From: Candidatus Latescibacterota bacterium
Lineage (GTDB): Bacteria; Latescibacterota; UBA2968; GCA-2709665
Length of the DNA stretch: 64,000 bases
NCBI GenBank assembly: GCA_965219995.1
Contig: CBDCOX010000002.1
Coordinates: forward strand, 1,376,001-1,440,000
Reading direction: 5' to 3'
The notes under the pieces were generated by a model, which had not been told where the DNA came from, did no database searches, and was given only the letters and a program-made list of their open reading frames with translations. Of the stretch, positions 26,341 through 36,066 are shown in pieces (position 1 is the stretch's first letter; each line of letters starts with the position of its first letter). The position numbers and the translations under genes were made by a program.

Positions 26341-26870
26341 GGGTCTTCCCGTTGTCCGGGCAATCCCCCGATTGCCTGCCGACTCACTCTTACAATGCTG
26401 ATGGCGCCTCGGGTCGTCGCGTCTTCTACCGCAAAATACACGTCCGAAGAACCGGATCCCTCTGTCGCAAGCGCCAGATTCAGCGCGTATCCGGCGTTTT
26501 CGACGAGGTCCAGGTCGCTCACGCGGTCCAGCGCAACCCAGTGCAGCCGGCCTTCGTTACAGGGCGTCAACTTCTCACGATCGGTTTGCCCCGTAAAAAA
26601 CACCACGGTGGTGACGTCTTCGCCTTCCGGCCGGGTGAGCACGACGCGCATCTCGAGGTTCTCGATATCCGCCGCTCCGATTCCGGCTTCTTCACCCACC
26701 TCACGGAGCGCGGCCATTTCCAGATCCGCCATCTCGTCCGGTTCCACCCGTCCGCCGATCCCTGTCCACCGGCCCGGCGCAAAACCCTTGTGAGGCGCGC
26801 GCTCGAGTAACAAAACACGGTTTTTCCGAAAGAGAAAAACCGTCACATAGACATTCAGACCCGTACCCAT
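26337..26870 (-). CDS. NUDIX hydrolase
   Basis: GGRVEPDE..AALREVGEEAGI Nudix box. Confidence 0.85.
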   Translation of the reverse strand: MGTGLNVYVTVFLFRKNRVLLLERAPHKGFAPGRWTGIGGRVEPDEMADLEMAALREVGEEAGIGAADIENLEMRVVLTRPEGEDVTTVVFFTGQTDREKLTPCNEGRLHWVALDRVSDLDLVENAGYALNLALATEGSGSSDVYFAVEDATTRGAISIVRVSRQAIGGLPGQREDP

Positions 26871-26948
26871 TCCCGCCTCGAGGATAATCGCCGTCCGGGA
26901 ATCGGGACAGCGGGGCGACGGGGTCCCGGATTCCGACCGGTCGCGCGG

Positions 26949-27824
26949 TCAGGCGCGCACGTCCGCGCCAGATTGCGGGTTCAGCAGAAGGGAAAACAGC
27001 CTGGCCAGCATCTGGCGCATTTCGCTGCGCGGCACGATCATATCGACAAATCCATGCTCCAGGACTTTTTCCGCGCGCTGGGCGCGACGCAGGGCTTCCA
27101 GTTCCTCCTCACCCACCGAACTTCCGGTTATCCGCTCGCCCGTAAAGCCGATCAACGCGTTGGGTTCCGCAATGTTGATATCGCCGATCAGCGCATAGCT
27201 GGCCGACACTCCTGCCGTCGTCGGATCGGTCAGGATGGAAATGAACAGAAGCTCCTCGTCTGCGAACCGGGCCAGTCTGGCGTTGATTTTCGCCAGCTGC
27301 ATCAGAGAGAGCGCGCTTTCCATCATCCTCGCACCACCCGAGCGACAGATCAGGATCAGCGGCAGGCGCTCGGTGATACAGCGGTCGATCAGCCGGCAGA
27401 ACCGCTCTCCCTCCGCCGAAGACAGGGTACCCATGATGAACGACGGCTCGTGTATGCCCACGCCCGCGCGCCAGCCATCGAGCTTACCGATGCCTACACA
27501 GACCGCCGCATCCAGCCCCGTGGCCTTGCGACCTTCCCTGATTCGATCGGCATATCGCTTTCTGTCTTCGAAATTCAGGGGATCGGCGGACTTCACTTCC
27601 CTGGCGATTTCCTCGAAAGTACCCGGATCCAGGATGTGATCCAGATACTCTTTGTAGCTTATTCTGAAATGCGCGCCGCAATGGGGACAGATCCCGTATT
27701 CCTGCCGGACCTGCTTGCTGTAGAGCGTCTGGTGGCAACGTTCGCACTTGATCCACAGATTGTCGGGCATCGTCCGCCGGACAAGCGTCTGAATGCCGGA
27801 TTTCAATCGATCGAACCAATTCAC
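26949..27824 (-). CDS. accD: Acetyl-CoA carboxylase carboxyltransferase beta subunit
   Basis: LWIKCERC..CPHC zinc finger, DPLNF, SGGARM, IAEPNALIGF, HGFVDMIV. Confidence 0.9.
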   Translation of the reverse strand: MNWFDRLKSGIQTLVRRTMPDNLWIKCERCHQTLYSKQVRQEYGICPHCGAHFRISYKEYLDHILDPGTFEEIAREVKSADPLNFEDRKRYADRIREGRKATGLDAAVCVGIGKLDGWRAGVGIHEPSFIMGTLSSAEGERFCRLIDRCITERLPLILICRSGGARMMESALSLMQLAKINARLARFADEELLFISILTDPTTAGVSASYALIGDINIAEPNALIGFTGERITGSSVGEEELEALRRAQRAEKVLEHGFVDMIVPRSEMRQMLARLFSLLLNPQSGADVRA

Positions 27825-27991
27825 GATGAATTTTCCCTGTAAGGTCCTGCTGAATTACCCTGCCTTCAGGGTCCAGATCCCTTCCGGGCGGAACGCGAAA
27901 TATACCCCCATGAGCAGTTTGACACAAGAAAATTAAACCATAGCAAGCAGTTAGCAGTCCATTGAAAAAGTCGCTCTGCAGGCGAGGCATG

Positions 27992-28039
27992 GTGTCCCGT
28001 CCCGGAAATATGTCACCATTCATCCGCCGATTCATCCCG
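27992..28039. repeat. Partial (left-end) copy of the MITE at 18935
   Basis: GTGTCCCGTCCCGGAAATATGTCACCATTCATCCGCCGATTCATCCCG aligns to 18935-18982. Confidence 0.7.
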
Positions 28040-28253
28040 CGAAGAGATCCGGAAACGCATCCCGGTCATATAGAATTTCTATTGACATACTTTCGCAAAT
28101 CTTATAGTTTCCCTTCGTAATTCACCGACCGATGCCGAGGAACGTCCGCTCGTCGCGGCGCCCTGATTCCGTGAGGACCCGAAGCCGTTTCGCACGACCG
28201 GCATCACGAACGCATCCGGAAAACGTCCGTCACACCGAACGGGAAACCGGCTT

Positions 28254-29138
28254 GTGCTAACCGAGAGTCTGAAGGTCTTCTGCGACCTCATCGAAACCCA
28301 GAGCTTTTCCAAAACCGCCGTACTCAATGACGTCAGCCAGTCGGCTGTGAGCCAGCAGCTGAAGAGCATCGAGAAACGACACGGGCGTCAACTCGTACAG
28401 CGGGAAAAGAGGCGACTTTCCCTTACGGCGGAAGGTGAAATCTTCTATGGCTACGCCCGGGAAATCGTCCGCCGCTTCGATGAAATGCAGCACCGCATTC
28501 AGGCCTTGAGCGGCGAGGTTTCCGGTACGGTTCGACTCACCGCCATCTACGGCGTGGGCATGATGGAACTGGCGCCATATCTGAAAACCTACCTCAAATC
28601 CCATCCGGGAGTGAACCTGCGACTGTCATATTCTCAGGCCGGACACATCTACGACAATGTGGCAAGCGGCCAGATCGATCTGGGCATCGTCGCCTTTCCC
28701 CGCTCTCAACGAAACGTGGACGCGGTCCCGTTTGCGCAGGACCGTATGGTCGTGATCTGCTCCGTGTCCAACCCGCTCAGCGTGCAATCGTCCGTCAGTC
28801 CGGGTCAGCTGGCCGACCATCCGCTCATTCTGTTCACACCCGAGGCGCCCACCCGGACGGCCGTCGACCGCCATTTCAGGAAACACGGCGTGACCCTCCG
28901 ACCGGTCATGGAACTGGACCACATCGCAACCCTGATCCACGCCGTCGAGGTTGATATCGGGATCTCCCTCGTGCCTGCATCGGCATTGAGGCAGGGACGA
29001 TTCAAAGACACCCTCAAAGCGCTTCCGCTCCAGGGCAAGCCGCTGATCCGAACCCTCGGCGTCCTGCAACGCAGGGGCCGCAGTTTTTCCATGGCTGCGC
29101 AGAAGTTGATGGAGACGCTGTCCCGCGGCCAACAATGA
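28254..29138 (+). CDS. LysR-family transcriptional regulator
   Basis: SFSKTAVLNDVSQSAVSQQLKSIE HTH, LTAEG, IDLGI; promoter TTGACA-17-TAGTTT at 28082-28110. Confidence 0.92.
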   Translation: MLTESLKVFCDLIETQSFSKTAVLNDVSQSAVSQQLKSIEKRHGRQLVQREKRRLSLTAEGEIFYGYAREIVRRFDEMQHRIQALSGEVSGTVRLTAIYGVGMMELAPYLKTYLKSHPGVNLRLSYSQAGHIYDNVASGQIDLGIVAFPRSQRNVDAVPFAQDRMVVICSVSNPLSVQSSVSPGQLADHPLILFTPEAPTRTAVDRHFRKHGVTLRPVMELDHIATLIHAVEVDIGISLVPASALRQGRFKDTLKALPLQGKPLIRTLGVLQRRGRSFSMAAQKLMETLSRGQQ

Positions 29139-29207
29139 GCTGCCGCAGTGATCCCGCCATGTCGAAAACCCGCGGGAACGGCCGCATGGCGCAGATAAGG
29201 AGCCCGT

Positions 29208-29768
29208 ATGTCGATACCGAGCCGGGATGAAGCCTTTCAACTGTTGTGCGAACACACCAGGAATCCGAATCTGATCAAGCACATGCTGGCTGTCGAAGCC
29301 GCAATGCGGGCCTATGCGCGCAGCTTCGGACAGGACGAGGACCTGTGGGGCATCACGGGGCTGCTGCACGACTTTGATTACGAAAAACACCCGGACCCCG
29401 AAGAACACCCGATGGTGGGCGTCGGCATCCTATCGGAAAAGGGATATCCTCCGGAAGTCCTCCACGCCATCAAATCCCACGCCACCTATCTTGGCGTGCC
29501 CAGGGACAGTCTTCTCGACAAGGCCCTGTTCGCCGTGGACGAACTCACCGGGTTTATCGTGGCCGTAACGCTGATGCAGCCTTCCAGGAAGCTGGCGGAC
29601 CTGAAGACCTCGTCCGTACGCCGGAAGCTGAAGCAGAAGGGATTCGCGCGGGCGGTCAGTCGGGAGGACATCCACGCCGGGGCAACGGAACTGGGTGTGG
29701 ACATGGACGATCACATCGCATTCGTACGCGATGCAATGGCCGGCATCGCTCAGGAACTGGGCCTGTAG
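29208..29768 (+). CDS. HD-domain (HDIG) phosphohydrolase
   Basis: KHMLAVE, GLLHDFDYE, IKSH, AVDELTG. Confidence 0.88.
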   Translation: MSIPSRDEAFQLLCEHTRNPNLIKHMLAVEAAMRAYARSFGQDEDLWGITGLLHDFDYEKHPDPEEHPMVGVGILSEKGYPPEVLHAIKSHATYLGVPRDSLLDKALFAVDELTGFIVAVTLMQPSRKLADLKTSSVRRKLKQKGFARAVSREDIHAGATELGVDMDDHIAFVRDAMAGIAQELGL

Positions 29769-29880
29769 CAGTCGGACCGTGGGTCACACGGCTTCCCCGG
29801 GCCTGCCCGGGCCGAAATCACAGACAGGCCTCGGAATCTACGGGGGCGGCGGTCCCCGCCTCGGGGGTCTCTCACACCGG

Positions 29881-32800
29881 CTACCTTTTCAACACATACA
29901 GCACGCCGTCTTCGGATGCAGCGGCAATCTCGGGGATGCCGTCACCGTCCACATCCGCGGCAGCCATCGTCAACAACGGCCCGCCCGTCCTGAACCTCGC
30001 GACCGTCCGTCCGTCTTCGTTGGCGAGCAGGTGTACCACGCCATCCCCGGTGCCAGCGACGACTTCGGGTTTGCCGTCGCCGTCGAAGTCACCCACGGCA
30101 ATACAACGCACGACTTCCCCCAGGTCCGCCCGCCAGACGAGGGTACGTCCGTCGCCCTTGATCACATACACGTTGAAACTCATCGAAGACGCCACCACCT
30201 CGTCCAACCCATCGGCGTCCATGTCGACCGTCACGACCTGCGTCACCTCATCCCCCGTGTTGAACTGCCACAGGAGTTCGCCGCCGGCGTTCAGGGTGTG
30301 GACATGCGTATCGGCCCCCGCGAAGATCACTTCCTTGCGTCCGTCGCCGTCCAGGTCTCCCGCCGCGGCGGAATTGGTCCGAGGACCCGTCCGCGGATGG
30401 TAGGACCACCGGATCTCTCCGCTGCCGTCAATGCAGTGCCATCTGTGATATTCGGTTCCGGCAATTACCTCATCCCTGCCGTCGCCGTCGATGTCCGCCG
30501 CGCATCCCTGCGTGGATGAGTGTACCGTCATCTGATACCACAGCAGCTTGCCATCGTGGGTGAACGCGTAGTATCGCCAGGACTCCGCCCCCGCGATCAC
30601 CTCCAGTTTACCGTCCCCGTCGATATCGCCGGCAAAAACGGTTTTCAACATCGGCTTACGGTAGTACAGAGGGATTTCGTAGTCCCATTTCAACTCTCCC
30701 CTTGCGTCGAGCACGTAGATCTTCGTATCGGCAGACCCGGCAATCACCCGGGTCCTGCCGTCCCGCGCCAGATCCGCCGCCCACACGGACCGGACCTCGC
30801 CTCCCGTACCGAACCGCCAGAGGGCTTCGCCGTCGCGCAGCGCACAGACCGACGCGCCCCGGCCGCCCGCCACCAGTACGTCCGACCCGTCTCTCAGAAG
30901 ATCGGCCCGTTGCACTGAAAGAAACGGACCCTCCTCAGCATACGCCCACAACGCCTTCAACCGGCCCACGCGACCCCATCGGGGCCGGATCAGCGCCGGC
31001 TGAGCAACTTTCGGGCGGACCGTACGGACGGCCGCCTCGCGCAAGGCCATCACGGCGTCCGGCACCAGGGCGAATCGATGGTCTCCCTTCCGCAACGCGA
31101 ATGACACCATCCCGTCGGAAACCGACGCATCCACGGGTTTCCCGTTGACGGTGACACCGGAACGACCATCCGACCACAGACACAGCCGCGTGGCCTGCCG
31201 GACCGAGGCGCGCCCTTCTCCTCGAACCGGATCGTACTCGACGGAAATCGGGTGCTCCGATTTCAGCTGTACGCCGCCCCAGGAGACCAGCGTGCCGTCC
31301 ACAACCGCAATCCCGGACGGAGACACCATAAACTGCGCGGCGGCCACGGTGGGTCCATCGGGAATTTCGACCGGAACATCGCTCTCCCCCACGCCGGCGA
31401 ACATGACATCCTCGCCTCCGTCGATCCGGACCGCCCCGTCGGCCAGCTGCACCAGTTTCAGCCGCCGCGCCGCCGAATCGCCGGCGCAGTAGAGCAGATT
31501 GAAGAACCGGTACGTCTCGCCCGCCTTCAAACGAACGTCCACGATCTGCTGCAGAATCCGCACGACCGGTTCCGCGTGCGGATAGTCCGTCCAGTTGGCG
31601 CCGGTCTCGTGGTCGTCCTCCAGCTTAAGCGACGGTCCCTTCAGTCCTTCGATATAGAACCGCTCCCCATCCTGTTCCACCGCGAGCCCGCCGCCTCGCA
31701 GAGTCACGTTGCCCAGCGTCTGCCATACCGCCCGGAAACCGTAATCGTCGTCCGACAGCGCTTCCATCTCGTCGATGACGAGGAAGAACCGGCCCCGGCT
31801 CCAGAGAATGTTGCGGTGCCAGTCCACCCCGCTATAGTTGCGAAGTGTCGTTTCGGAAAATCCCGAACAGCCCAAATCCGCGGCGCGCTCGAGCTCGACA
31901 AACGGGGGGATTTCGGCGGACTGTCCATCCCTGAAAACCAGCACCCCGTTGTGAAATTTGGGCAGGGACTTGATATAGTCGCAGTCGGCCAGCCAGATCC
32001 GCCGCCGCTGCGTGATGCGTGATATCGAATTCCCGTCGTAGTGCTTGTGACCTCCATTGGAGAGTCCGTCGAGAAAAAGGTACTGCGACATCGGATCGTA
32101 CCCGTCCCTGAACACCACCTTGTCGAAAGTCTTCTTCAGGGGAAGATGGTCCTCGCCGCTGTTCGACGCGTAATACAACGGGTCCACCGGAAACACCTGA
32201 GTCCCGTCCAGGTCCGAGGGTTCGACGGGGGTTATCCGCCTGTGATATTCATAGGCGGCAAATTGGGACTCGACGGACGTCTTCTTGTCCAGCATCCACT
32301 GATGCCGACCGTCCCCCAGCGCGAAAACCGCCGCACGAAGATACGGCAGTTCGCTCCACCACCCGAATGGCGACGCATTGTCGCCGTAGGGAAGCGCATA
32401 GCCCAGATTGTCCGTGGTCAGGATCGCGTAGTCCGCTGCCTTCCGGGCGCATCCATTCTCGAAAAACGTCAGATCTCCGCTGGAGAGCGAATACCTGGCC
32501 AGGTGGTAGTGGGTCAGCCACTGGTATCCACTGCAGTCTTCGTGGGGTTTGAATGCCTTCGCCTGGAACCGGAAGCACTCGTCGGACAGCGCCAGCCAGG
32601 CGTCGGCCTCCGGCAATCCGTAATATTTCCGATAATAGGCGCCCGCGTAGTGCAGGCCCAATGCCGCGAACGTGGTGTGGTTGTGCCTCACGTGGGGGAC
32701 TTTCATATCACCCACGTGGTCCACGCAGTCGGTAACGAACTCGAACAGGATCCGGGTAATCCGCAGCCGATCGTCCTCGGAGATGACCGGGCTTTCCTCC

Positions 32801-33579
32801 ACGAGGTCCCACCCCGGGATCACCTTGTGGAGTGCAAAATCCGCGTCGAATCCCCAGATGCCGCCGTAGTTGTCCGGATCGGACATCGCATGCCTGTACA
32901 TGCGATAGACGAGGCGCTTGTAGAGTTCGGCGTAGAGATCGTTTCCCGTGAGGCCGTACAACAACCCCCGTTCTCCGATCCGGCTCCAGAGGCCCGTATG
33001 TTCCCCCCGGCGCAACGCCTCCTCGGCGGCCTCCATTTCCGAATCCACGTCCGGATCATCTTCAAGTTTCGGAATCTTCAAGGCGTCGGGGCCGAACCGG
33101 ACGTCGAACCGAGGAGCCGTCGAAAGCGTCGTGTCCTCCGGTAACGTCTCCAGAAACCGGCCGACCGACGCGCGGACCCCTTCCAGGTCGCTGCCCAGCA
33201 GCCCCACCGCGTTCGTTCCACTCCCCCACGGGTCGTGTATGGTCTGAATCAGATAACCCCCGCGCCCCGGATACACATCGTCCGCGGGTGTGTAGTTGTA
33301 GCCGTAAAGACGGAATACCACGCGGTTCGTATTCACGTTCCCGAGCAGAAAAAGGTGCCTGTCCGGAGGCATTTTTGCCTCCGTATCCGTAACGATGGGG
33401 ACGTCCGCGCCGGAAAGCTCACGGATCGCGGCTTGAAGTTCGGTGGCAAGTTTCCGGTAGCGCGTATCCTCGGGACTGACGATCGCGGATGCGGGTTCGC
33501 CTCGTTCCACCAGCACCGTGTCCGGGTAGCGTTTCTTCGGCCGTTTCAGGTTCGGATGGGCCGTATTGCCGTTCGACAT
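29881..33579 (-). CDS. Large multidomain protein: heparinase II/III-like lyase core plus C-terminal FG-GAP beta-propeller
   Basis: RHNHTT, GHKHYDGNSI, HNGVL; multiple GDIDGDGKLEVIAG-type repeats. Confidence 0.7.
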   Translation of the reverse strand: MSNGNTAHPNLKRPKKRYPDTVLVERGEPASAIVSPEDTRYRKLATELQAAIRELSGADVPIVTDTEAKMPPDRHLFLLGNVNTNRVVFRLYGYNYTPADDVYPGRGGYLIQTIHDPWGSGTNAVGLLGSDLEGVRASVGRFLETLPEDTTLSTAPRFDVRFGPDALKIPKLEDDPDVDSEMEAAEEALRRGEHTGLWSRIGERGLLYGLTGNDLYAELYKRLVYRMYRHAMSDPDNYGGIWGFDADFALHKVIPGWDLVEESPVISEDDRLRITRILFEFVTDCVDHVGDMKVPHVRHNHTTFAALGLHYAGAYYRKYYGLPEADAWLALSDECFRFQAKAFKPHEDCSGYQWLTHYHLARYSLSSGDLTFFENGCARKAADYAILTTDNLGYALPYGDNASPFGWWSELPYLRAAVFALGDGRHQWMLDKKTSVESQFAAYEYHRRITPVEPSDLDGTQVFPVDPLYYASNSGEDHLPLKKTFDKVVFRDGYDPMSQYLFLDGLSNGGHKHYDGNSISRITQRRRIWLADCDYIKSLPKFHNGVLVFRDGQSAEIPPFVELERAADLGCSGFSETTLRNYSGVDWHRNILWSRGRFFLVIDEMEALSDDDYGFRAVWQTLGNVTLRGGGLAVEQDGERFYIEGLKGPSLKLEDDHETGANWTDYPHAEPVVRILQQIVDVRLKAGETYRFFNLLYCAGDSAARRLKLVQLADGAVRIDGGEDVMFAGVGESDVPVEIPDGPTVAAAQFMVSPSGIAVVDGTLVSWGGVQLKSEHPISVEYDPVRGEGRASVRQATRLCLWSDGRSGVTVNGKPVDASVSDGMVSFALRKGDHRFALVPDAVMALREAAVRTVRPKVAQPALIRPRWGRVGRLKALWAYAEEGPFLSVQRADLLRDGSDVLVAGGRGASVCALRDGEALWRFGTGGEVRSVWAADLARDGRTRVIAGSADTKIYVLDARGELKWDYEIPLYYRKPMLKTVFAGDIDGDGKLEVIAGAESWRYYAFTHDGKLLWYQMTVHSSTQGCAADIDGDGRDEVIAGTEYHRWHCIDGSGEIRWSYHPRTGPRTNSAAAGDLDGDGRKEVIFAGADTHVHTLNAGGELLWQFNTGDEVTQVVTVDMDADGLDEVVASSMSFNVYVIKGDGRTLVWRADLGEVVRCIAVGDFDGDGKPEVVAGTGDGVVHLLANEDGRTVARFRTGGPLLTMAAADVDGDGIPEIAAASEDGVLYVLKR

Positions 33580-33608
33580 GGGTATTTCCTCGCAAATAAA
33601 CTATGGGG

Positions 33609-34304
33609 CTATATTTCAACGAATTTTTCGAACAGAAACATCCCGATCAGCACAAAGACCAGGCCCGCGAGAATCGTATACGCCATCAACGCCGCTCCGA
33701 TTGGCAGGAAATCCTGCAAGGCGCCTACGAAATAACCCGCCAATGTCAGATAGACGACAACGCATGAGACAAATGAAAGAGCCGCCGTGAACCCGCGGTG
33801 ACGTGCCACCGTGTACTTCGCGCCCTCCATGGCTGTCACAATGCCAAGCGACAACAGCAGAAAGGACGCGAAAACGCCGGCGGTGGAGCCGATCGCCTCC
33901 GTCGGCGTGACACCGAAGAATCGCAAAACGGCGGAAACGGATTCCCAGGGCGCGCGCGACGCAATGAAGTACAACCCTGTACCCGAGATCCCGAACAGCA
34001 CAAGGCCGGCGCTCAGAATCGCGCCAAACTTGCACAGGCTCACGATGCCGGTCCTCACAGGAAGCGCAAACAGCAGATGGTTCGTGTTGGCACGCCATTC
34101 CCCGTTGAACGAGGAAGCCAGCAGAACCGGCAGGACAAACAGGGTCGCCCAGACCGGCAGCGACGAGAAGAAAAGGGCGATCGCGTGGGTCTCAATGGTC
34201 AGCAGGACCCATCCCTGCAGCACCACGGTTCCGATCGCCAGCAGACAGAAAACGCCCCTGACGTCCTTTAACTCCTTGATGTACAGCGCGGCCGTCATCC
34301 TCAT
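33609..34304 (-). CDS. ABC-2 type transporter permease
   Basis: KELK start, EWRANTNHLLFALPV..K motif, six TM segments. Confidence 0.8.
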   Translation of the reverse strand: MRMTAALYIKELKDVRGVFCLLAIGTVVLQGWVLLTIETHAIALFFSSLPVWATLFVLPVLLASSFNGEWRANTNHLLFALPVRTGIVSLCKFGAILSAGLVLFGISGTGLYFIASRAPWESVSAVLRFFGVTPTEAIGSTAGVFASFLLLSLGIVTAMEGAKYTVARHRGFTAALSFVSCVVVYLTLAGYFVGALQDFLPIGAALMAYTILAGLVFVLIGMFLFEKFVEI

Positions 34305-34324
34305 CGCGGGGTTCCTTCACTCAT

Positions 34325-35014
34325 TCAATCCACAAACAACGCGAAGATTTCGCTGAGAGACCTTTCGTAGTCCTGTTGCAGCCGGCGCGCGGGGCCCGCC
34401 GCTGAAATCTCGCCGTCGCGCAGAAAGACCACGTCGTCGATATAGGGCTCGACTTCCGAAACCAGGTGGGTCGAAATAAGAATCGTCTGGCCCTCACGCC
34501 GGAACTCGTTGAAAAGACTGTCCAGAATGCGGGCGCGCGACGGCGGATCGATACCCCCCAGGGGCTCGTCCATCAGGACAACTTCCGGGGTCCAGGAGAA
34601 TGCAGTCACCACCTTCAGCCTCGCGCGTTGCCCGCGTGAGAGGGCGCCGATCTTCCGGTCGTCCGGGAGATTCATGAATTCCAGGAGATGTCGGGCTTTC
34701 CGCCAATCCCAGCGCGGGCGAAACCGGGAAAGGAAATCCAGTTGCTCGCGCACGTTCATCCGGGAATAGAACGGATCGGTCTCGGGTAGATACGACACCA
34801 CCGGCTTTGTGGCAACCCCCGCCGGGGCCCCTCCGATCAGCGCCCGTCCCCGCGTGGACCGCGTCACCCCGGCGAGAATCCGGAACAACGTGCTCTTCCC
34901 GCTTCCGTTTTCTCCCAGTACGCCCGAAACCCTGCCGCGCGCCACCGTAAACGAGGCACCCCTGAGCGCCCATGCGCCGGGATATCTCTTCCAGAGGTCT
35001 ACGACGTCGACCAT
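34325..35014 (-). CDS. ABC transporter ATP-binding protein
   Basis: GENGSGKS, LSRGQ, LMDEP, STH. Confidence 0.93.
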   Translation of the reverse strand: MVDVVDLWKRYPGAWALRGASFTVARGRVSGVLGENGSGKSTLFRILAGVTRSTRGRALIGGAPAGVATKPVVSYLPETDPFYSRMNVREQLDFLSRFRPRWDWRKARHLLEFMNLPDDRKIGALSRGQRARLKVVTAFSWTPEVVLMDEPLGGIDPPSRARILDSLFNEFRREGQTILISTHLVSEVEPYIDDVVFLRDGEISAAGPARRLQQDYERSLSEIFALFVD

Positions 35015-35107
35015 CGGTGCAAATCCCCGGTATAGAAAACGACCGCTCCGGTACCCATTCCAGAAGCGGCCGTATTCAGATCGCCACCTGACTCACGCCA
35101 GCGGGAT

Positions 35108-35587
35108 TCAGCGCATATCGCGATCGATGAGAAACAGCCCGTATCGATCGTCGCCCACAAGCTCCAGCTTTTTCACGATCGCGCGTAGCCGGGCCTCTTC
35201 CTCCACCTGTTCGTTGACGAACCACTGCAGAAACGTGTTGGTCGCGTGGGCGCGGTTCTTCATTGCCAGATCGACCAGATTGTCGATCCGTCCGCTGGCT
35301 TCCTGTTCCCGCCTGTATGCCGCCGATATCGCGTCCAGGGGTGAACCCCAATCCGCCGGGGGCTCCGGAATGGGTTTGAATCCGACCGGCGCCTCCCGTT
35401 CGTGCAGGAATTCGTAGATCTTCATCGCGTGCGTCATCTCTCGCTGCGCCTGCTTGCCCATCCACCGGGCAAAACCGTTCAGATTCACCGATTTGAAATA
35501 GGAGGACATGGCCAGGTAGGTATACCAGGCGAGGAATTCGCTGTTGATCTGCTCGTTCAGCGCTGCCTGAATCTCCTTGCTAAACAT
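35108..35587 (-). CDS. ftnA: Non-heme ferritin
   Basis: LNEQINSE..YLAMS, EMTHA, FLQWFVNEQVEEE. Confidence 0.9.
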   Translation of the reverse strand: MFSKEIQAALNEQINSEFLAWYTYLAMSSYFKSVNLNGFARWMGKQAQREMTHAMKIYEFLHEREAPVGFKPIPEPPADWGSPLDAISAAYRREQEASGRIDNLVDLAMKNRAHATNTFLQWFVNEQVEEEARLRAIVKKLELVGDDRYGLFLIDRDMR

Positions 35588-35622
35588 CTACGCCCCCTGA
35601 GGGTTTTGCGTCTCTGCGACGT

Positions 35623-35976
35623 CTATTGGGCCGCCGGGACCTTGCAGCAATCCGGCAGGCTCGCGTAGGCCGTGCTGTCGGCAGGGGCCTGATTCGCCTG
35701 ATAGCCCGCCCCGGCAATTGCCTGTTCCAGCTTAGCCACGTCGGTGCGCGTCGCATCGTAGGTCACATTGACAACCTTGACATCCATGTCGACGTTCACC
35801 TCTGTCACGCCGTCGACCTTCTTCAAGGCCTTGTCAATGTTGTTTGCGCACATCATGCACTGCGCCGTGGGCACGTTGATTTTTGCCGAACGGGTTTCCG
35901 CCGTGGAACATGCGGCGACGACGAGAACGCCGAAAGCAAGTGCACTGCAAAGCACTACGGACATGGTCTTGCGCAT
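35623..35976 (-). CDS. Heavy-metal-associated (HMA) domain lipoprotein
   Basis: Signal peptide/VAAC, AQCMMC, IAGAGY, LPDCCK; GGAGA RBS. Confidence 0.85.
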   Translation of the reverse strand: MRKTMSVVLCSALAFGVLVVAACSTAETRSAKINVPTAQCMMCANNIDKALKKVDGVTEVNVDMDVKVVNVTYDATRTDVAKLEQAIAGAGYQANQAPADSTAYASLPDCCKVPAAQ

Positions 35977-36066
35977 GATTCGATCTCCTTTGTAAAAGGG
36001 AAAATTCCACACTCTCCCGAAACATGAAGCCATCAACGATGAATATATGACAACACCCATCGATAA

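Noticed and set aside
27951-27972. TTAGCAGTCCATTGAAAAAGTC resembling an IS terminal repeat
   Set aside because: Single degenerate end with no partner or transposase in the window; cannot be supported
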